The notes: generated from the sequence alone by a model not told the origin. Counted from the first letter of the stretch, positions 10,141 through 20,513 are shown. The stretch is DNA of 64,000 nucleotides from Candidatus Bathyarchaeota archaeon (GCA_963733055.1 CAVTBR010000001.1:128001-192000); one strand, 5' to 3'. A program made the numbers and translations.

Positions 10141-11262
10141 TCAGAACAAGCACTGGCCATAATTAGGCCAGACGACTTCAACAACGCCATCCCTAATTCC
10201 ATAGTAACACGGATGAAGCTTTGCAGTCGTATCAGAATGCGCCGGGATAACCTCAAACGCATCGCCCACCTTTACATCATCTCTCGGTTGGTCAAATACG
10301 ACTAGTGCGAGCTCCTCACGTTCTGTTACACTTTCGACGCCATCTAGATCCTTGAAAAACGACCCTACTACCTTGTGATAATCCTCGCCGCACTCGTCTG
10401 AAGAGGAGTTCATTCCGAAATCAAACATCGCTTCGCCGGGTTTCGGTCTGCTGATGCATCTTGTCAGAACCGTGAGAGCGCAATCGAAGGCGTCGATCCC
10501 TTCAATGTGATTATGAGAGCACCAATCACTGAAAACGTAGCTACCCGCCTGTACCAGAACATCCTTCAGGCTATGCTCCGGGGTGATATTCCAAGTGCAG
10601 GTATAACCTGCGCTAAGAAATCGAACCTCGGTACCCGCATCTTCGATCTCATCCTTTATTCTCGACATTTCATCAAGCGTTTTGAAATGTACGATTTTTC
10701 TCTCAGCAAACTTGAGGATGCTGGACTCTTGACCGTGGTGCCAGAAGCCTTCGAATTGGACGCCCCGATATGCGCTCAACTCCTTCACGAAGTCTTTCAT
10801 CTTTGAGAATTCGACGCCGCAACTCGACCTTCCTGCGTATAATTCTGGCGCTACCTTGATCACCGTCTTGTTTTCAAGTGCCGTCTCAGAAAGTTGACGT
10901 ACGTTTTCGAGATTATCCACGCTAACTGTTATGTTGGCTTGCCTAGCCAATCCACACAGTTTGTCTATCTTTCTCTTTCCGTAAATTTCAGAGGTGATGA
11001 ATATGTTATCGATTCCTGATTGAACGTAGTATTCAGCCAGTCCTAGAGAGGTCATGGATACGCCTCTGGCCCCTCCCTCTAACTGCTTCTTCGCCACTAT
11101 GGGCAACCGGTGACCTTTCTGGTGAGGGATTATCCCCGCGTTCTTCCTCCCCCTATAATATTCACTCATCGTCCGTATGTTCTTCTCTAACGCGTCGAGG
11201 TCGATTAACAGGGCTGGGGTGATTAGCTCCTCCTTTCTCAATCCAACATAGTCGACCAACAT
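10141..11262 (-). CDS. Fold-type III PLP enzyme, D-threonine aldolase/D-serine dehydratase (DSD1) family
   Basis: TPALLIDLDALEKNI, PHQKGH (PLP Lys), AGSYVFSD, IPAHSDTT. Confidence 0.88.
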   Translation of the reverse strand: MLVDYVGLRKEELITPALLIDLDALEKNIRTMSEYYRGRKNAGIIPHQKGHRLPIVAKKQLEGGARGVSMTSLGLAEYYVQSGIDNIFITSEIYGKRKIDKLCGLARQANITVSVDNLENVRQLSETALENKTVIKVAPELYAGRSSCGVEFSKMKDFVKELSAYRGVQFEGFWHHGQESSILKFAERKIVHFKTLDEMSRIKDEIEDAGTEVRFLSAGYTCTWNITPEHSLKDVLVQAGSYVFSDWCSHNHIEGIDAFDCALTVLTRCISRPKPGEAMFDFGMNSSSDECGEDYHKVVGSFFKDLDGVESVTEREELALVVFDQPRDDVKVGDAFEVIPAHSDTTAKLHPCYYGIRDGVVEVVWPNYGQCLF

Positions 11263-11290
11263 ACTGCCATCCTTACCGTGTTGCAGCTGT

Positions 11291-12268
11291 TCACTTTTCT
11301 GATGTCAATATCCCTTGGAAAACCGCGTCGTCTATGTTTCCACCAGTGATTACTGCGACCGTTTGTTTTCCAGCGAAGCGTTTTGGTGTTTCAACAATTG
11401 GCGCTATGGAAATTGCTCCTGAAGCTTCGACGACTTGCCGCTCCTTCTCCCAGAGGAGCCTTATCATTCTCCTAATCGTGTCCTCATTGAAGAGCAGGAT
11501 TTCATTCACGTATCTTTGGACCAGTTCGAATGTTATGCAGCCTTGTTCGATGTTGCCATCCAAGCCATCAGCTATAGTATGCTTCATTTCCATGTTAATG
11601 ATCTTCCCCGCCTTCAAACAGTAGTACATAGCTGCAACATTCTCTGGTTGTGCTCCCAAGATTTCGATGCCCGGTTTGATACTCTTGGCTGCGACCGCAA
11701 CGCCCGACAATACACTTCCTCCACTTACGGGCACGATGATTGAATCAACGGTGGGTAAGTCCTCAAGGATTTCGAGTCCGACAGTCCCCTGTCCCGCTAC
11801 AACAAATGGATCATTGTATGATGAGATGAACGTTGCGCCCCTTTCTTTGGCTAACTTGTGAGCATACAGCTCAGCATAATCGTACTTTTCCCCATGCAGG
11901 ATCAATTCGACCTTGTGTTTTCCGATTTTCTCGACCTTTATTCTTGGAGTGGTCTCAGGGACGACTACTGTCGCAGTCAAATTGAGTTTCTCTGCGCCTA
12001 CAGCTACCGCTTGAGCGTGGTTGCCCGAAGAAGCGGCTACAACGCCGCGTGCCTTTTCCTCAGATGTGAGGTTCATCATCCGGTTGAGCGCGCCTCTGAT
12101 CTTGAAAGCGTTGGTTACTTGCAGGTTCTCGAGTTTGAGATAGACATCCGAACCGCATAGGCCCGAGAGATACTTAGAACGCACTAAGGGAGTCTTGTTT
12201 ATCTCATTTCGAATCAGTTTTCTTGCATCCTGAATTTCGCGTAGACCAATCATAATGAAACCACTCAC
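11291..12268 (-). CDS. Serine/threonine dehydratase family (no ACT domain)
   Basis: LKLENLQ..AFKIRGA, SSGNHAQ, GQGTVGLE, TGGNID. Confidence 0.93.
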   Translation of the reverse strand: MSGFIMIGLREIQDARKLIRNEINKTPLVRSKYLSGLCGSDVYLKLENLQVTNAFKIRGALNRMMNLTSEEKARGVVAASSGNHAQAVAVGAEKLNLTATVVVPETTPRIKVEKIGKHKVELILHGEKYDYAELYAHKLAKERGATFISSYNDPFVVAGQGTVGLEILEDLPTVDSIIVPVSGGSVLSGVAVAAKSIKPGIEILGAQPENVAAMYYCLKAGKIINMEMKHTIADGLDGNIEQGCITFELVQRYVNEILLFNEDTIRRMIRLLWEKERQVVEASGAISIAPIVETPKRFAGKQTVAVITGGNIDDAVFQGILTSEK

Positions 12269-12536
12269 CGAATCTTACGGCACGCGCTTTGCCTGAACCG
12301 CGCCAGATACTAAACTGTTAGCCGAACAAACCATCTTTGGTTTTCTTTGTCGAACGTCCAACGAGACAAGACCGATCAGGATGCTTCTGCTTTCTGAAAA
12401 TCTCACTATGACCTGGTTCGCCGGAATCCTTCGAACGCCATCATGAAGCATTCTCGTTGGTAAGTGTGCTCCAACGGTAAGAATCGTTATGCTTTAAGCG
12501 GCTACTTCATCAATCGACCATCAAAGGTGGTTACCC

Positions 12537-13610
12537 ACGCCCACTATCACAAGCCGGCAACTAACACTCATTTCCCAGAAACTTTTGAAAGCGGCAGGCG
12601 CTTCGGACGAAGAGGCGGAGGTCGTCACTAGGTTTCTCGTCAACGCGAATTTGGCAGGAGTTGATTCACATGGTGTTGCTCCGAACCTGGTTATTTACCT
12701 TCAAGGTATCCGAAGCGGCACCATCAAGCTACGAGCAAAGATTGAGGTTAAAGCGGACAGCCCCTCCACCGCGCTTATTGATGGAAATTGGGGCTTCGGT
12801 CAAATGGCTTGTTCAAAGGCGATGGAGGTTGCTATCGACAAGGCGGGTAAAACCGGGGTCGGGGCGGTTGGCGTTTTCGATTGCAATCACATAGGAAGAC
12901 TGGCGGAGTACAGCCAAATTGCAGCCAATAACGGCATGATAGGCTTCATCACTGCCAACTGCGAACCCTACGTCGCACCATTTGGAGGTAGAACGCCGGT
13001 TTTGGGCACAAACCCGATCTCTTACGCCATACCAGCGGGACAGGAGAAGACCCTCGTTGTCGATTACGCGACCAGTGCCGCAGCAGAAGGGAAAGTCCGG
13101 GCAGTTCTCCTCAAGGGGGAACAATTGCCATCTGGGTGGATCGTTGACTCTCACGGTCACCCCTCCACAAACCCCGCCGACCTCTACGAACCGCCCCTTC
13201 CTCCTGAGCGGATCAAATTGGCGGGCGCCTTGCTGCCATTTGGAGGTTACAAGGGGTATGGTCTAGGTTTGATGGTTGACATGTTGGCTGGCCTCCTTAC
13301 GGGAGCGGGCAGCAGTCAAGATATGACGTCGGGATGGTTGACAAATGGAGTATTCATGATGGCCCTGAAGATCGACAACTTCGTTCCGTTAGAGCAGTTC
13401 AAGCATCAAGCCGACAAGCTTGTAAAATCCGTTAAGAATTCCCCGAAAGCTGAAGGCTTCAAGGAAATTCTGATCCCGGGTGAACCGGAAAGTAACGAGC
13501 GAGAAAGAAGATTAAGAGACGGCATACCGATTTCTGAGAAGGCCTGGCATCCCCTAATGCAGGCTTGCAAAGAGCACGGAGTCGATGTTGAGAGCATTAT
13601 GCGAGTTTGA
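12537..13610 (+). CDS. Ldh2/AllD/ComC/DpkA-family oxidoreductase
   Basis: GVDSHG, NHIGRL, LGTNPI, D.ATS, GGYKGYGL; frame extends upstream of TTG 12585 to ACG at 12537 (xPTITSRQL) behind an AGGTGG SD. Confidence 0.9.
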   Translation, partial: TPTITSRQLTLISQKLLKAAGASDEEAEVVTRFLVNANLAGVDSHGVAPNLVIYLQGIRSGTIKLRAKIEVKADSPSTALIDGNWGFGQMACSKAMEVAIDKAGKTGVGAVGVFDCNHIGRLAEYSQIAANNGMIGFITANCEPYVAPFGGRTPVLGTNPISYAIPAGQEKTLVVDYATSAAAEGKVRAVLLKGEQLPSGWIVDSHGHPSTNPADLYEPPLPPERIKLAGALLPFGGYKGYGLGLMVDMLAGLLTGAGSSQDMTSGWLTNGVFMMALKIDNFVPLEQFKHQADKLVKSVKNSPKAEGFKEILIPGEPESNERERRLRDGIPISEKAWHPLMQACKEHGVDVESIMRV

Positions 13611-13645
13611 TTTTAATTCTCTCGATTCGGAACCGACGGGCGCAG

Positions 13646-14695
13646 TTACTTCTTTTTTCTGATTTTCTCTGCGGTTGTTTGCATGACTTCCAAGGTGTAT
13701 TCTATGTCGTCTTTCTCGATTCCGCGATGAGTGACCATCCGTACTCTACTCCCTTCAAGGGCCCCTGCCTTTACTCCGGAATCGTTCAGTTTCGTAATCC
13801 ATGTTCCCCCGTCAATCCCTAGGCGGGAGACGTCGTAAACGACGATATTAGTTTGAACTTGTGATGGATCGATGGATATTCCTTCGATCGAGGTTAATCC
13901 TTTCGAGAGCATCTGTGCGTTTGAATGATCGTCTTTGAGACGATCAACCATTTTCTCGATTGCGACGATTCCTGCCGCGGCTATTACTCCTGCCTGCCGC
14001 ATGCCTCCTCCAAGCATCTTTCTGTAACGCCTCGCACTGTCAACGAATTCACGGTCTCCGACCGCGAGAGACCCGATTGGTGCACTGAGGCCTTTGGATA
14101 GGCAGAACATCATTGAATCAACGAACTTGGTCAGTTCCTTCACATCTATGTTCTGGGCTATGGCGGCGTTGAATATTCTGGCTCCGTCCATGTGCACCTT
14201 CAAACCTCTCCCATGCGCGAACTCATAGCCAGCCCTAGTTTGAGAAGGTGTCCACACTGTTCCTCCCGCACGGTTGTGAGTATTCTCGATGCAAACCAAG
14301 CTCGTTGGCGGAAAGTGAATGTTCGGAGGCCTAAGGGCGGATTCGATATCCTTCGGGGTCAACACCCCACGTTGCCCTTTCACTAATCTCGGGATGAGCC
14401 CGCCAAGAACTGAGAATGCGCCTACCTCATAGTAGTACATGTGCGCTTCAGCTTCTAGAATTACTTCCTCGCCCCGCTTTGTTTGACTTAGCACGCTTAC
14501 GAGGTTAGCTTGTGTTCCGCTAGTTGTGAGGAGGGCCGCCTCTTTGCCCATCTTCTTGGCGGCAATTTCCTCCAGACGATTGACAGTAGGATCCTCACCG
14601 TAGACGTCATCGCCGAGTGGAGCTGATCGCATAGCATCCAGCATCTCCGTCGTGGGAAGGGTTACTGTATCGCTTCTGAGATCTACGACTCGCAT
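13646..14695 (-). CDS. ltaE: Low-specificity L-threonine aldolase
   Basis: DLRSDTVT, GDDVYGEDPT, SGTQAN, ENTHN, HMDGARIFNA, CLSKGL.AP.GS, GGGMRQAG. Confidence 0.96.
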   Translation of the reverse strand: MRVVDLRSDTVTLPTTEMLDAMRSAPLGDDVYGEDPTVNRLEEIAAKKMGKEAALLTTSGTQANLVSVLSQTKRGEEVILEAEAHMYYYEVGAFSVLGGLIPRLVKGQRGVLTPKDIESALRPPNIHFPPTSLVCIENTHNRAGGTVWTPSQTRAGYEFAHGRGLKVHMDGARIFNAAIAQNIDVKELTKFVDSMMFCLSKGLSAPIGSLAVGDREFVDSARRYRKMLGGGMRQAGVIAAAGIVAIEKMVDRLKDDHSNAQMLSKGLTSIEGISIDPSQVQTNIVVYDVSRLGIDGGTWITKLNDSGVKAGALEGSRVRMVTHRGIEKDDIEYTLEVMQTTAEKIRKKK

Positions 14696-14838
14696 CTACG
14701 ACCACGGAAGGTGAGCCATGAATCGATAACATATAGGCAGTATGGATGCAAGCTTCCCCGTATTATCTGGGTCAACGAGAAACATTCATGGTCTAGGAAT
14801 ATTCGGAATTGATCCAACGGCTGATTGGCATGCCTCAG

Positions 14839-16218
14839 TTAACCGCCGGCACGATCGAGAATTTTTCCGCATTGGTCGCAAAAATCAGCGCCTGATTCCA
14901 ACTCTCTACCACAATTTGTGCAATTAACCCGGGCTGAACTTCGGCGGCTGTCTGGCTTGCCGGTAGAGGTCACCTGATCGGAATCGAGTTTCGTGTTCTT
15001 GGGATTAAGAAGGCGTCCTAGTTTTGGCTTTAGGACCTCGCTAGACTTGGCTTCTCCCACACCTAGGCTCAATTCTTTAGCGCGAGCTTCAGTTACCGTC
15101 TTTTGTCCGTTCAGTTGTCGCGACATCTTTTGAATCGCCTCAGTTACCGCAGACGTGACGTCCCGATCCTCAACCTCTGCGCGAGTAGGCGGATTGTCAC
15201 GTTCTGAAATCTGCGGCTGTTCTTTCCCTTGCAGCAACGCTGGAATCTTCTTCGTGACTTCGATCTGATCCGCGCCTTCGATCACTTGGATACCGTATAG
15301 GCTAGCAACCTTCAATCCCTCCCGATTCATCTTTGGAATGGCCACGACAAATGACCTTTCGACCTCAGCGTCGAACTTTTTCGCGAACAAGGTCGCGACA
15401 ACGTCTTGGTTCACTTCGGTCGCGTTGGTAGCGATTGCGAACACGAAATTCTTGTCACCCTCCCTTGCTACTATGTCGAAGTCTTGCTCGATACCGGATT
15501 GACCTTTGATGAAGCCTGGAGATTGCACATTGAACCCCATTTCTCTCAAACGATTCACAATAGGAAACTGGACCACGCAGTTGGAGACCACTTCCTGTCT
15601 AAAGGCTTCATTGAACTCATAAATGTAAACCGGCGATAGTTTCGCGTTTTCGTAACTGAATTTGATCTTGCAGTTGAGGCAACGATGGATTATGCTCGGC
15701 GCCGAGAAGCTTCTATTGCATTTTTCACAACGAAAGGTATCTCGGATCTTGCTATAATCGGTGCCAATCAAGCGAAGTACGGACCTGCATTTCGGGCAGA
15801 TTAGATTGTCTGCCTGTGCAAATTCGTCCATTAATCCAACGTGACCGCATTTGTAGTGTTCGAGAAGGGTTCCGCGTTTTAACGTCGGTGACTTGCAAAA
15901 CGGACATGCATAGGAATCGTGGATGGTCATGCGAGATGCGCACTCGGGACAAGCGGCTTCCACGTCAACCGTTGTGCGTCGGAAGAGGCGGTGTTGTGAA
16001 ACCTCTTCCAGTAAAGATGAGCTTTCCAAGATCCTTAGTAGCCTATTGATCTCTGGATAGGTATAGCCCTCGCTCGTAACTGTTGGCGGTATCTCTTCGT
16101 GCCCATTGACAACATAGTCAAGCAACGCTCGAACGTCGGGGCGTTTGTATAATCTGAGCCTAGTCTCCGTTGCCGCTTCAGCGGTGGGATCCGCTTCCCT
16201 TCCAGACGAACCTAACAT
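14839..16218 (-). CDS. TackOD1 Zn-binding domain + restriction-endonuclease-like domain + C-terminal zinc ribbon
   Basis: CPEC..CPFC..EHYKCG..CPKC..IGTDY..C..C..P..C..C series; GQSGIEQDFDIVA; CTNCG..FCDQCG. Confidence 0.75.
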   Translation of the reverse strand: MLGSSGREADPTAEAATETRLRLYKRPDVRALLDYVVNGHEEIPPTVTSEGYTYPEINRLLRILESSSLLEEVSQHRLFRRTTVDVEAACPECASRMTIHDSYACPFCKSPTLKRGTLLEHYKCGHVGLMDEFAQADNLICPKCRSVLRLIGTDYSKIRDTFRCEKCNRSFSAPSIIHRCLNCKIKFSYENAKLSPVYIYEFNEAFRQEVVSNCVVQFPIVNRLREMGFNVQSPGFIKGQSGIEQDFDIVAREGDKNFVFAIATNATEVNQDVVATLFAKKFDAEVERSFVVAIPKMNREGLKVASLYGIQVIEGADQIEVTKKIPALLQGKEQPQISERDNPPTRAEVEDRDVTSAVTEAIQKMSRQLNGQKTVTEARAKELSLGVGEAKSSEVLKPKLGRLLNPKNTKLDSDQVTSTGKPDSRRSSARVNCTNCGRELESGADFCDQCGKILDRAGG

Positions 16219-16324
16219 TCCGGATATTACCTGCCTGTCTTCCTAGTTGGTACTTTACTTAGGTCTATATGCGTGCTTGAGGCATTAGCGAATTGGAAAG
16301 CGTGCACGCATTTAGAAATGTGCT

Positions 16325-17818
16325 TTGGGAGACTCAATATTGACGTCTAGGTTGCAACGCCGTTACCGCGACCCTCATCTGCTTGCCATTCAACTAACTT
16401 CGTGGGTTCTGACTATAGTCTTCTTTTACCTGCTGTATTTGTTTCTTTACCCAAACCTGAGATTAGCGTCTCCTTCTGGAAATGTTACTTCTCCCATCTC
16501 GGGCAATGGTAACGGAAGCCCACCGTCTTCATCAGCCTACTCGTTTTTCGTCGTATTTCTGGGACAGGTTAACGATTTTGCTAGACTGTTGGTTACTTTT
16601 TACATGTCATCAACCGGGGTCGCTCTCTTTTACATCATCGTGCTGGCCGCTGCGTTCCTTAATGAAATGGCATATCTACCTCTGGCGGTCTACCATGCTA
16701 GAATCGATAAAATCCGTGATCGACGAGCGGCGACGATTAGGTCATATCCTCTCGTCTCAGTCATAGTGCCGGCACACAACGAAGAGAAGACCATCGAGAC
16801 AACGATTCTCACCCTACGAGAATCAGATTATCCGAATTTGGAAATCGTGGTGGTGAACGACGGCAGCACGGATGGAACAAGGGAGGTTGTAGAACCTTTC
16901 GCTCAGCGCAGAGAGGTCCTACTCGTGAACAGGCCTCAGGCAGGTGGAAAGGCCGTGGCGTTCAATACTGGCTTGGCCGTTGCCGGGGGCGACATTCTCC
17001 TCATGATCGATGCTGACGTGGCGTTGGCTCGAGACGCGATAAGGAGGTTGCTGGTACACTTCGAGGACGCCCAAGTCGGCGCGGCATCAGGTAACGTTAA
17101 AGTCGGTAACCGAGTGAACACACTCACCAGACTTCAGGCCTTAGAGTACATTCGAGACCTTAGCATCAGAAGACGCGCTCTGGAACTGCTTCATTCGATA
17201 ATAGTCGTTCCTGGAGCTTGTGGCGCCTTCCGGAAGCAATCGTTGAGTCGAACTGGGACAATGGATCGAGATACCGTCGTCGAGGACATGGACGCGACTA
17301 TTAGATTGGTCAAGGCCGGTGAGGATATTCGCTACGAGCCCCACAGCCTAGCATACACCGAAGCACCCGAGACTCTCTCGGCGTGGGTAAGACAGCGAAA
17401 GCGTTGGTATGGTGGAAGCTGGCAGACGCTTTCCAAACATCGAAAGAACTGGTGGAAGTTCGGTCCGCTTAGCGCGTTCGGTTATCCTAGCCTCGTATTG
17501 GCCATGATCTTTACGCCAGTTGTCGAGCTGGTTACTGCGTCAATGCTATTCCTGTATCTATACACCGGATTGTTCTACGGCGTCCTGTTGGCATTCGCGA
17601 TAATCCTAGTGATTGAGTTTTTCATGGCCTCTTTCGCTATAGTAATCGATCACGAAGATCTCCGGCTCCTTCTCTATGTTCCGATTTACATCATTATTTA
17701 TCGGATAATGGTCGACGTGGTGAGGATTCAAGGCTACGTTCTTGCCGCCACCGGAAGATTGGGTTGGTACCGCACCGGACGTTATGGCGGGATGCTGGGA
17801 AGAATAAAGAAGGCCTAG
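16325..17818 (+). CDS. Processive GT2 glycosyltransferase (PgaC/IcaA/cellulose-synthase-like)
   Basis: PAHNE, NDGSTD, GGKA, DAD, VEDMD, QRKRW; N- and C-terminal TM segments. Confidence 0.92.
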   Translation: MGDSILTSRLQRRYRDPHLLAIQLTSWVLTIVFFYLLYLFLYPNLRLASPSGNVTSPISGNGNGSPPSSSAYSFFVVFLGQVNDFARLLVTFYMSSTGVALFYIIVLAAAFLNEMAYLPLAVYHARIDKIRDRRAATIRSYPLVSVIVPAHNEEKTIETTILTLRESDYPNLEIVVVNDGSTDGTREVVEPFAQRREVLLVNRPQAGGKAVAFNTGLAVAGGDILLMIDADVALARDAIRRLLVHFEDAQVGAASGNVKVGNRVNTLTRLQALEYIRDLSIRRRALELLHSIIVVPGACGAFRKQSLSRTGTMDRDTVVEDMDATIRLVKAGEDIRYEPHSLAYTEAPETLSAWVRQRKRWYGGSWQTLSKHRKNWWKFGPLSAFGYPSLVLAMIFTPVVELVTASMLFLYLYTGLFYGVLLAFAIILVIEFFMASFAIVIDHEDLRLLLYVPIYIIIYRIMVDVVRIQGYVLAATGRLGWYRTGRYGGMLGRIKKA

Positions 17819-17837
17819 ACCCAGTTTCTGCTGCCCG

Positions 17838-19695
17838 TTATTTCTTGCAGCGCCTCGCTAGCGCTAGCACCACTAAGCCCAGTATAAGCCCCGCAATTAT
17901 GGACTCCCAGGGGAACCCTGGGATCGGAGTCAGCGTCAACTGTGGAGGGACCGTTGATATCTGCGATGCTTGAAATGCGCTTGTCGTCGATTCTATCGTG
18001 CTGAAGACGGAGACGGTTGACGACGTCAGCGATGATGTAGTCAAGGTTGCAATTGACGATGTTGACATTGAAGTCGAAGTGACATTGACCGATTGGGCCT
18101 GTAGATTCAAGACGATACTTCCCGGGCCATTAATGGTCAGGGAGGCTGCATTTGATGTAGATGAGCAAACTAGTCCGCCGGTACAGTTCCAGCTGAGGAA
18201 TGTGTAGCCTGGTGGTAAATTGCACGCCGAGACCGTGGTGGCGCCGAATGTTGTGGTATAGAACGACCCCCCGTACCCCATCCCAAGCGAGCATGAACCA
18301 AGCGTGATTAGCGCGGATGACGTTGGATTCGTTGTGGCATTGATCAGAGTAGCGTATACGGCTATCAAGACTCCCCCCGAGTTGATGGCCGAACAACCTA
18401 CGGGGTTTGCGGTGTCGCTTGAGCAAGCCACTCCTCCCGCCCAACTCCAATGGTCGAACCTCCAACCGGTTGATGGGCTGGGTAGATTCGCCGTAGCTCC
18501 AAAGCTCACGTTGCAAGCGGCCGCTGATTGAGAATTCGTGAATGTGTTCCCGCAAGCGGTGATGGTGCCCGGAGAGGTTGCATCTGCGAAGTTTGTTGGT
18601 GCAGACTGGAACGTTACGAGTTGCAGTAACGGTGCAGTCGTGGATGAGGAAGAGGTCTGGGTCACTGTTTGGAATGAGGTTTGCGTCGTCGATGTCGTCG
18701 TTTGAACTAGTTGGTTTGTCGTTTGGGTTTGTGTAGTCGACTGAGATGTTGTTTGCGTGTAGGGCTCGGAAGTCGTGGTTAGGAGCGATGAGCCTTGAGG
18801 TGTGAAGTCTATTTTGATGTTGGTGCCCGTGAGTGTGATTGTCTTGGTGATTGGACCGAAACCAGCCCCTGAGGCGGTAACCGTGATTGTTCCGGATGTT
18901 CCGATTGGGATGGCGTAGCCTCCCGAGGAGGATGAGATCGTAGTAGCTCCCGGCACTTGGCGTGATGGTTACGCCGGCTATGCCTTCGCCGATGTCGTAG
19001 AAGTTGTTGCCGTTTGCGTCGTTATAGACCACACCCGTTAAGAATGGAACTGTGTTGACGTCTGTACCGAAATCTTGCGTAATAAACGCCTGACCGTTAG
19101 GGCCCTGATAGTAGCCAACTCCCATCTCATAGTAGGCTGGGGGTGGATAGGGGAAGATGTCGAGAAGATTGATCCTATGGCCGCGGCATCCGTATCCCGG
19201 ATCAGTCATCAGGAGGTCCTCCAAGGCGGTAGCGGTCATGTCCGTGCCGGCGCCTATGTTTTCACCCACGCTACCGTAGTTATAGCCAGCATTTGAGATG
19301 CGTTGGAACGCCGAGGTTCCGTTCGGATCGCTGTGAGAGAAGTAGTTTTGGGTGTACATGTCCTCACTATGTGCTCGTGCCGTCCCAAGCAGGATAGGGT
19401 TCATGGCTAACGGAGGTCGGACTCCAACATATTCCGGCCCATAACAGCCGTTCTGGGGATCATCCTGCAATCCCTCGTGGATATCGATACCCAACCGTTG
19501 ACCCTCCGCGATTGGATTTGCTCTGGCACGGTTGATGTATTCCAGCACTAGCTGCTCCGCCGGGGTTGGATCACCTGAATTATAGAGGGAAAGAGCTCTA
19601 GCGCTAGGGCTGAGGGAAATCAGAGAGAGAAACGAGATGGTCAGAATTAGTATAATGAAAGCGAGAGAGAGCCGACGGCGAGATTTCAAAACCAT
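17838..19695 (-). CDS. Secreted CAP/SCP-domain surface protein with Thr-rich linkers and PGF-like C-terminal anchor; frameshift near 18940
   Basis: Signal peptide; INRAR..ARAHSEDM..YFSH..GENI..GHR.N.L; ORFs 18130-19695 and 17838-18956 join as TITPSAGSYY/ISSSSGGYAIP; ends PIPGFPWESI-TM-RRCKK. Confidence 0.8.
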
Positions 19696-19922
19696 GCTCA
19701 GCTTCCTCTCCCTTTCAGATGAAATCGCAGTTGTGTATCGGGTTTCGATTAGACCCGTTCGGATAAGGGTTCGTTGAGGGATGACTAGATGTATGAAAAT
19801 GGGTTTGGAGGGGGATGGGTTAAAATGACATTTTTTTGTGGGGTGCGAAAATTGAACATTCTAGAACTGTGACGGCGCCATAGCTTACAGGTTCACTTCG
19901 TTCCACCTCTTCTTCTGAATCC

Positions 19923-20513
19923 CTAACCGCTGCTCTTCTTACCGTTGTCCACGTCCTCCAAGCTCTCCTCAACTCTATCCAACAAATCGTCGACCTGCGC
20001 CTTGTCCATGTCGGCGAGGATTGCACGCTCAGTCCGCGCCAGATTTGCGACGACCTCCAAGACGCGGAGCCGAGCCTTTGCATTTGCAGCTGCCTCTTCC
20101 GTCTGAAAAAACTCGTAAGCTCGCAGGAAAGCCTCCCAAGTTCTTCCCTCTAGTTCAGCTCGTTTAGGATTCCCAACTAGACCTCCAGCAACCCCCACCT
20201 CGCCGGGCTTCAAACCGCCTAGACCCTCAGCCTCCTTGCCTTCCTTCAAAGCGTCTTGAGTCGCACCCGCCTTGTACAGGAGGATGAATTCCTTCACAGC
20301 TAGGGTGAAGCTTCGCAGAGCCTGCTCTCCTTGTTTGAAAACGGCACCTTTTTCCCGGAAAGCGGTGCCGTTTTCGGCTATGTGGCGATTGAGAACGTGA
20401 CGTATGCATTCCGCTACCGGCATGTCAGAGCTAGCCGCTAGAACCCTCAACATGGCTCTGTAAGACTGGGGTATGCGAACAACCAACCGAGTCCCGACAC
20501 GTTCACGGGGCAG
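19923..20513 (-). CDS. Hypothetical protein with N-terminal ribbon-helix-helix-like segment
   Basis: LVVRIPQSYRAMLRVLAASSDMPVAECIRHVL; GGAGG SD precedes an in-frame CTG at 20513 (ORF track start 20486). Confidence 0.55.
   Translation of the reverse strand: MPRERVGTRLVVRIPQSYRAMLRVLAASSDMPVAECIRHVLNRHIAENGTAFREKGAVFKQGEQALRSFTLAVKEFILLYKAGATQDALKEGKEAEGLGGLKPGEVGVAGGLVGNPKRAELEGRTWEAFLRAYEFFQTEEAAANAKARLRVLEVVANLARTERAILADMDKAQVDDLLDRVEESLEDVDNGKKSSG

Noticed and set aside
17950-18790. Thr/Ser-rich low-complexity stretches as DNA repeats
   Set aside because: They are coding linkers of the surface protein with no regular repeat unit
18130-18930. His/Arg-rich C-terminal half of the 521-aa ORF
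   Set aside because: Out-of-frame read-through after the indel near 18940
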